DNA of 63,895 nucleotides, the filler included, from Cladosporium halotolerans (lineage: Eukaryota): NCBI RefSeq assembly GCF_011745625.1. It is 26 parts of 26 records of this genome, joined end to end, with 100 filler letters (N's around TTAATTAATTAA, not from the genome) between each part and the next. Parts side by side here need not be neighbours in the genome. Positions count along the whole stretch, not along the records: positions 57,219 to 59,394 come from NW_027191782.1; positions 59,495 to 61,649 come from NW_027191783.1; positions 61,750 to 63,895 come from NW_027191784.1; 23 more parts are not named here. One strand, given 5' to 3'. The stretch's first letter is position 1; the number at the start of each line of letters is the position of its first letter. The notes under the pieces were generated by a model. It saw only the letters and a list, made by a program, of their open reading frames with translations, ran no database searches and was not told where the DNA came from. The position numbers were made by a program, and so were the translations under genes. Of this stretch, positions 59,299 to 63,895 are shown one piece after another.

Positions 59299-59394
59299 CA
59301 GGGTGTTCATCAGACAGACAGACAAGATTTTCGGGAGTGTCTGGTCTGCTTACCTAAGGAGCGGTGGCTTGTCTGTCTGTCTGAGAAATGGCAA
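59299..59394. mobile_element. Terminus of hAT family CAGGGTGTTCATCAGAC
   Basis: Identical to 25882-25977. Confidence 0.92.
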
Positions 59395-59494
59395 NNNNNN
59401 NNNNNNNNNNNNNNNNNNNNNNNNNNNNNNNNNNNNNNTTAATTAATTAANNNNNNNNNNNNNNNNNNNNNNNNNNNNNNNNNNNNNNNNNNNN

Positions 59495-61004
59495 TGTGCT
59501 TTCGGGCTCGCTGCATCCTTTCGGGGCATCGACGAGAGGTGGCCATATGCTGGCCTCCACAGTTCGCGCACCTTGCTACTTCGTGATCGCATGGTTCTGA
59601 TTTCTTTCCGCAGCCCGTTGTGGCACATAAGTGTTTCGCTCCCTCGTGCTCGCCTGCGCAGACGAAGCATTTGGCTTGTTCGCCGCATTTGCCAAAGTGG
59701 TCAGGGCCACAACAGTGCGTGCAGATGCCGCCTTCACCTGGCAGCCAGAATCTCTCGACTTCATGGCGTTTGCCACCGAAGAGAAGTCCCTTAGCGAGTA
59801 TGGCATCGCTCGCCTGCTTGCTCTTCACAGTCACCACCAAGGTGGATTGTTTGATCGCTCCGCTGTTGAATCGCTCGACAATTGTGTCGTTCTTGATCCA
59901 GTGCGGTTCGTACGCCAGTGGAATACCTGTCAGCTCAATCTCTTCTCTTGCCAGTCCGAGCCCGCCTTCCTTCAAGTAGCGGTCAAGCATGACTCCGTGT
60001 ACTCGCATTTTGCGCCATCTCTCTGTCTTTTCGACATCTATGATCGTTGGGTCCACTTCATGTGCTGCTGCCAGAACTAATGGCATATATCCAAGCAGGT
60101 CGTCTGCACATGCATTCTCATTCATCAGTCCGGAGAGATGGCCTTTCTTGGAGTATCTCAAGTTGGTCAGTCGCACTGTCACATCAGCCTTGGCATGCGC
60201 GAGGGCCTTGTTAACCTCGAACATGACGTCTCTTGGGTCACTCTCGGGGGCCGAGTTGCTTCTAAAGAACAAGATTCGCCTTTGCTCCAGCGGATGCTTT
60301 TTGGTCTTTCTGTTTCTGTTTACCACTGTGGTCCATGCGTTCGCAGATTTTGCGGCTGTTTGGACTATCTTGCTCCATGTCTGCTGCGTTGTTTGCTTCG
60401 ATTGTACCTGACCTTGTGCTCTGCCGTTTGGCACTACACTCTGCGTGCCAGGTTCCAGCTGTCTGCCGTTAGTGTTGCTGGTTGTGGTGCAAGTACAAGT
60501 GACTTGCGGCGCGTTCTTGAGGGACTGCACGACGCGCTGAAGCATTGCCTCAGCGCGCCTTTCGGCCTCTGCCTGTACTTTGGCTACAGCATCACCGAAC
60601 AGCTGAGTGAAGTGCGTCTGTGCCTCTTTGATGCTTTTCTGCACCTCCTCTCGAAGCCGATGTGCTTCGTCTGCCGGTGCGTTCGTGGCCTTTTGAAAAC
60701 CAAGCTTTGTCCAGATCTTTTCCGCAATCTTCTCAAAAGCATCGGCGAATTCTTCGTCGGAGAGGTAAAGAACAACATCATTGTCGGCCTTCCGCTTCTT
60801 GGGGCTGCTTTGGTGCAGCGGGCGCAGTGTTACCGTGTGCTTCTCTATCCCGGTTGCTTTGTCGTTCTGTCTGTCTCGCCCCCCGATTGGGGACAGGTGG
60901 TATTCGGCGGTGCTTCCGATTGGCTCGGTGGTTTCCGCGCTGTTGCTGGTCGAGAAGACATCACCTTCTGCGGGGTCTGCGACATGCCTTCGGCGTGGTG
61001 GCAT
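59495..61004 (-). CDS. Tad1-like LINE ORF1 (gag-like, zinc knuckles), 3' truncated
   Basis: Coiled coil; VHGV; CTHCCGPDH, CFVCAGEH, CANCGGQHMATSRRC. Confidence 0.88.
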
Positions 61005-61749
61005 GGCCGCCAGCGAAGCGCCGGTGGTGACAAGTACGTGCTTTTATTCAGCTCGTTTTGCGCTACAATATGATGCTAACAATGACCCTGTCTGTCACAA
61101 AGTCGAAAAGAAGTCTTGGCATTGTTTGCAGCAGCAGACTGAGCACGTGAGGCGAAACCAGAGTTCCCCCCTGATCCAGACTGAAGACGTCAGTTTCGTG
61201 GTTGTCAACGATGGAGTCCCTGACCTACGTTTGCGGACTGGATACGGGATGCTGCACTGCCTGACATGGGCGTTGCGGTCTTGTTGCTGTCACTCGGCAT
61301 GATTTCGACTGCTTTTCGGATGGTTGGCGGGTATTGTGCTAGGAGGATAAGGGATATCTATTCGAAAGTATGACTTGAGGCGACCTTTATATATCTCAAA
61401 GCATTCTCATGGTCTCAGCAACAGCAAATAGCTAGTAGATCGTCAGAGCAATACCAACAGGCGTGACTCTATACCGCCGCCGCTATTCCATAAGTTACTG
61501 TCGCACTTCTGTGAATCTGGGCAGATTGGGTACACACAGAAGTCAGTCTGGGATGCATGATGCAGTGTATGTGGAGACAGGGTCGTCGCCTCAATATCAG
61601 AACCCACGCTAAAACACCGCGTGTCGATTTAGCGCAGCGCTTCAAATGCNNNNNNNNNNNNNNNNNNNNNNNNNNNNNNNNNNNNNNNNNNNNTTAATTA
61701 ATTAANNNNNNNNNNNNNNNNNNNNNNNNNNNNNNNNNNNNNNNNNNNN

Positions 61750-63895
61750 TAGACGTCTTCCCTGGCTCGTGCACATCCCTGACTCGTGCACACTTTGGAA
61801 GCTCGACAACAACGCGCTTCAACACGCGATATCTTCCTAACCATGGCTTCCATCGATAAGGCAGTCGCGTTTTTGAAATCCTCTGAATCTGAAAATATAT
61901 CTGAAGCAGCGAGAAAATACAATGTCAATAGGAGTACCCTTAGCAAGCGGTTTCGCGGCAAGACGCGCTCTACAACCCATGGATACCAAACACAGCAATT
62001 ACTTACGCGCAAACAAGAACTTATGCTCGTTAAACAGATTAACAAACTATCCGAGTGGTGCCTTCCACCTACACCATCAATGGTAAGGGCATGGGCTGCT
62101 GCTTTATGTGGTACAGAGCCCGGCAAGAACTGGGCTGGCGCTTTCAGAGTCCGACACAAGGATGAACTTGACTGCAAATATCTCAGCACCATAGACCTCG
62201 AGAGGCATAAATCCGACTCGGAGCATTCCTATAGGCAGTACTTTGCTGTTCTGAGGGGAAAAATCGTCCAATACAATATACAGCCTCACAATTGCTACAA
62301 CATGGACGAGAAGGGCTTTCTCATCGGCCATTTGCAAAAGGTCAAGAGGATCTTCCCGAAAGCTCTTATGAAAACCCAGAAGCTTCTAGGCACTGGCCAA
62401 GATGGAGCTCGACACTGGATTACCCTTATAGCAACCATATGTGCCGATGGCAGCTCACTGCCGCCTGCTCTGATCTACAAGGCTGTTAGTGGTAATCTTC
62501 AAGACACTTGGCTGCAAGACTACAGGCCGGAAGAGCACCCTTGTTGGTTTGCAAGCTCGCCCAATGGATGGACAAGCAACGAGCTTGCTTTGAGCTGGTT
62601 ACAGAGCCTCTTCGATCCTCAGACCTCAGACAAGGCTAAACGAGACTGGAGGCTGCTCATGCTCGATGGTCATGGCTCGCATTGCACTCTGGACTTCCTT
62701 GAGTGGTGTCACAAGCTCAGGATCTTGGTTGCCATCTACCCTCCTCACTCGACTCATAGGTTGCAGCCCTTGGATGTCAGTCTGTTCAACCCACTCGCCA
62801 CCTATTACAGCCAAGCTCTAGATGCTCATACCAGACAGTCTCTAGGCCTATCGAGCGTAAGTAAGCGAGACTTCTTCACCATCTTCTACCCAGCGTTTGA
62901 CAAGGCCTTCACGGAGGAGAACATCCGGTCGGCATGGCGCAAGACCGGCATTGAGCCATGGGAGCCAGCTCAGGTGCTAAAGATCTTCGACAAGGGGGCA
63001 GGCGAAGCATTGGACGATTCATCAGCGTCCGCGCCCTCCGAGAGCCTCAGAAGTAGTTGCCTCGATTCGCCGAGAGCCAGTAGAAGCGTAAGGAGGATTG
63101 TGGATCGAAGTGTGGCTGCTGATGGTGCTAGGAAGGACCGGACGATCAGACTGCTCGGCGATGCCTATTTAGGGGCTTCTGCTCGAGCAGAACTGGCAGA
63201 AGCGCGTGAGAAAGGCCTTCTTAAGTCCATCGACACTGAGAAGAAGAAGAGGAAACGTGGTAGCGCATTCACCGAGCAGCTCAGGGCAGACGAAGGTCTT
63301 GGTGTGCTGTTCTTTAGCTCTTCTAAGGTAGCCCAAGCTAGAGAGCTTGCAGCAGCTCAGGAGTTCGCTAAAGATGACGAAGCACTTGATCGATTGCTCC
63401 AAGCTCAAGACAGAGCTCAGCTCAAGGCTCACAGGGAGCTAGAGGCTCAGCAGAAGCGTGAGGACCGAGCTATCAAAGCTGCCGCAAGGAAGACCAAGAA
63501 GGCTCTTGAGAAGGCCCAAAGGGAGCGTGAAAAGCTTGCCAGGAAAGCTCAAAAACAGCTTCAGACAAAGTCCTCAGCCTTTAGTAAACGGCCAAGAGGA
63601 AGGCCGCCGAAGCAGAAACAGTCCAAAGAACCTGTTGCAGTCACTACCGAGCCAGAAGCTGAAGTAGTGCCAGAACAGCCGAGGTCAAGAACTGGCAGGG
63701 CTGTCAAGCGAACAAAGTTTTTTGATGATATCTAAGTATATAGAATTATAGAGATAGCTATCACGGCTGCAATGAGCTATTTTGTACTTCGAACGGATGT
63801 GTTTACGTCAAGATGTAATAGTGCGAAGGTGATGGTCACGACGCGAAAGCAGTGTGCACGAGCCAGGGATGTGCACGAGTCAGGGAAGACTTCTA
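61750..63895 (+). mobile_element. Complete pogo/Fot1 DNA transposon
   Basis: 43-bp imperfect TIRs (61752-61794, 63851-63893) bounded by TA; the contig is exactly the element. Confidence 0.95.
61843..63735 (+). CDS. pogo/Fot1 DDE_1 transposase (intact)
   Basis: HTH; YNMDEKGF; LDGHGSH; LQPLDVS; basic tail with AT-hook-like RPRGRPPK. Confidence 0.95.
   Translation: MASIDKAVAFLKSSESENISEAARKYNVNRSTLSKRFRGKTRSTTHGYQTQQLLTRKQELMLVKQINKLSEWCLPPTPSMVRAWAAALCGTEPGKNWAGAFRVRHKDELDCKYLSTIDLERHKSDSEHSYRQYFAVLRGKIVQYNIQPHNCYNMDEKGFLIGHLQKVKRIFPKALMKTQKLLGTGQDGARHWITLIATICADGSSLPPALIYKAVSGNLQDTWLQDYRPEEHPCWFASSPNGWTSNELALSWLQSLFDPQTSDKAKRDWRLLMLDGHGSHCTLDFLEWCHKLRILVAIYPPHSTHRLQPLDVSLFNPLATYYSQALDAHTRQSLGLSSVSKRDFFTIFYPAFDKAFTEENIRSAWRKTGIEPWEPAQVLKIFDKGAGEALDDSSASAPSESLRSSCLDSPRASRSVRRIVDRSVAADGARKDRTIRLLGDAYLGASARAELAEAREKGLLKSIDTEKKKRKRGSAFTEQLRADEGLGVLFFSSSKVAQARELAAAQEFAKDDEALDRLLQAQDRAQLKAHRELEAQQKREDRAIKAAARKTKKALEKAQREREKLARKAQKQLQTKSSAFSKRPRGRPPKQKQSKEPVAVTTEPEAEVVPEQPRSRTGRAVKRTKFFDDI

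Noticed and set aside
2626..61749. Regularly spaced TTAATTAATTAA repeats as a CRISPR-like or biological array
   Set aside because: Always centred in N-runs of fixed length between size-sorted contigs; an artificial six-frame-stop linker.
1..63895. Gene clusters or operon-like linkage across the window (e.g. DUF3723 + NLR + Ulp1 as one element)
   Set aside because: Contig order reflects length only.
2726..63895. Fanzor/TnpB or Starship captain (DUF3435) ORF
   Set aside because: No RuvC plus zinc-finger pattern or captain-like ORF recognised in the ORF track.

Overview
This window is not one locus. It is 26 small contigs (about 2.6 kb falling to 2.1 kb, sorted by size) from a filamentous ascomycete assembly, joined by artificial 100-bp N44-TTAATTAATTAA-N44 linkers, so adjacency across linkers means nothing. 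Contig 1 is mitochondrial-type DNA with seven tRNAs and two decayed GIY-YIG endonucleases. The rest is dominated by mobile DNA: a complete hAT element, a complete pogo/Fot1 element, further hAT and pogo copies, termini of about five hAT-like families, Copia pol plus LTR, and Tad1-like LINE ORF1 and ORF2. Host or accessory genes include a TIM-barrel protein, a PTR2 transporter, a NACHT-ankyrin NLR, DUF3723 (a Starship marker), a Ulp1-type protease, a divergent TEY MAP kinase, MAPEG, CAP10, ADH, an rvt pseudogene and a TE-disrupted PDA1. The leading candidates for something undescribed are: (i) a DUF3505/C2H2 protein with a tyrosine-recombinase-like motif whose contig ends at direct repeats plus TTAGG, (ii) LTR-like elements with non-canonical AGTT...AACT ends, one with a 5-bp TSD, and (iii) a 17-bp array of co-varying palindromes. 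All family calls come from motif recognition by eye; no database searches were run.
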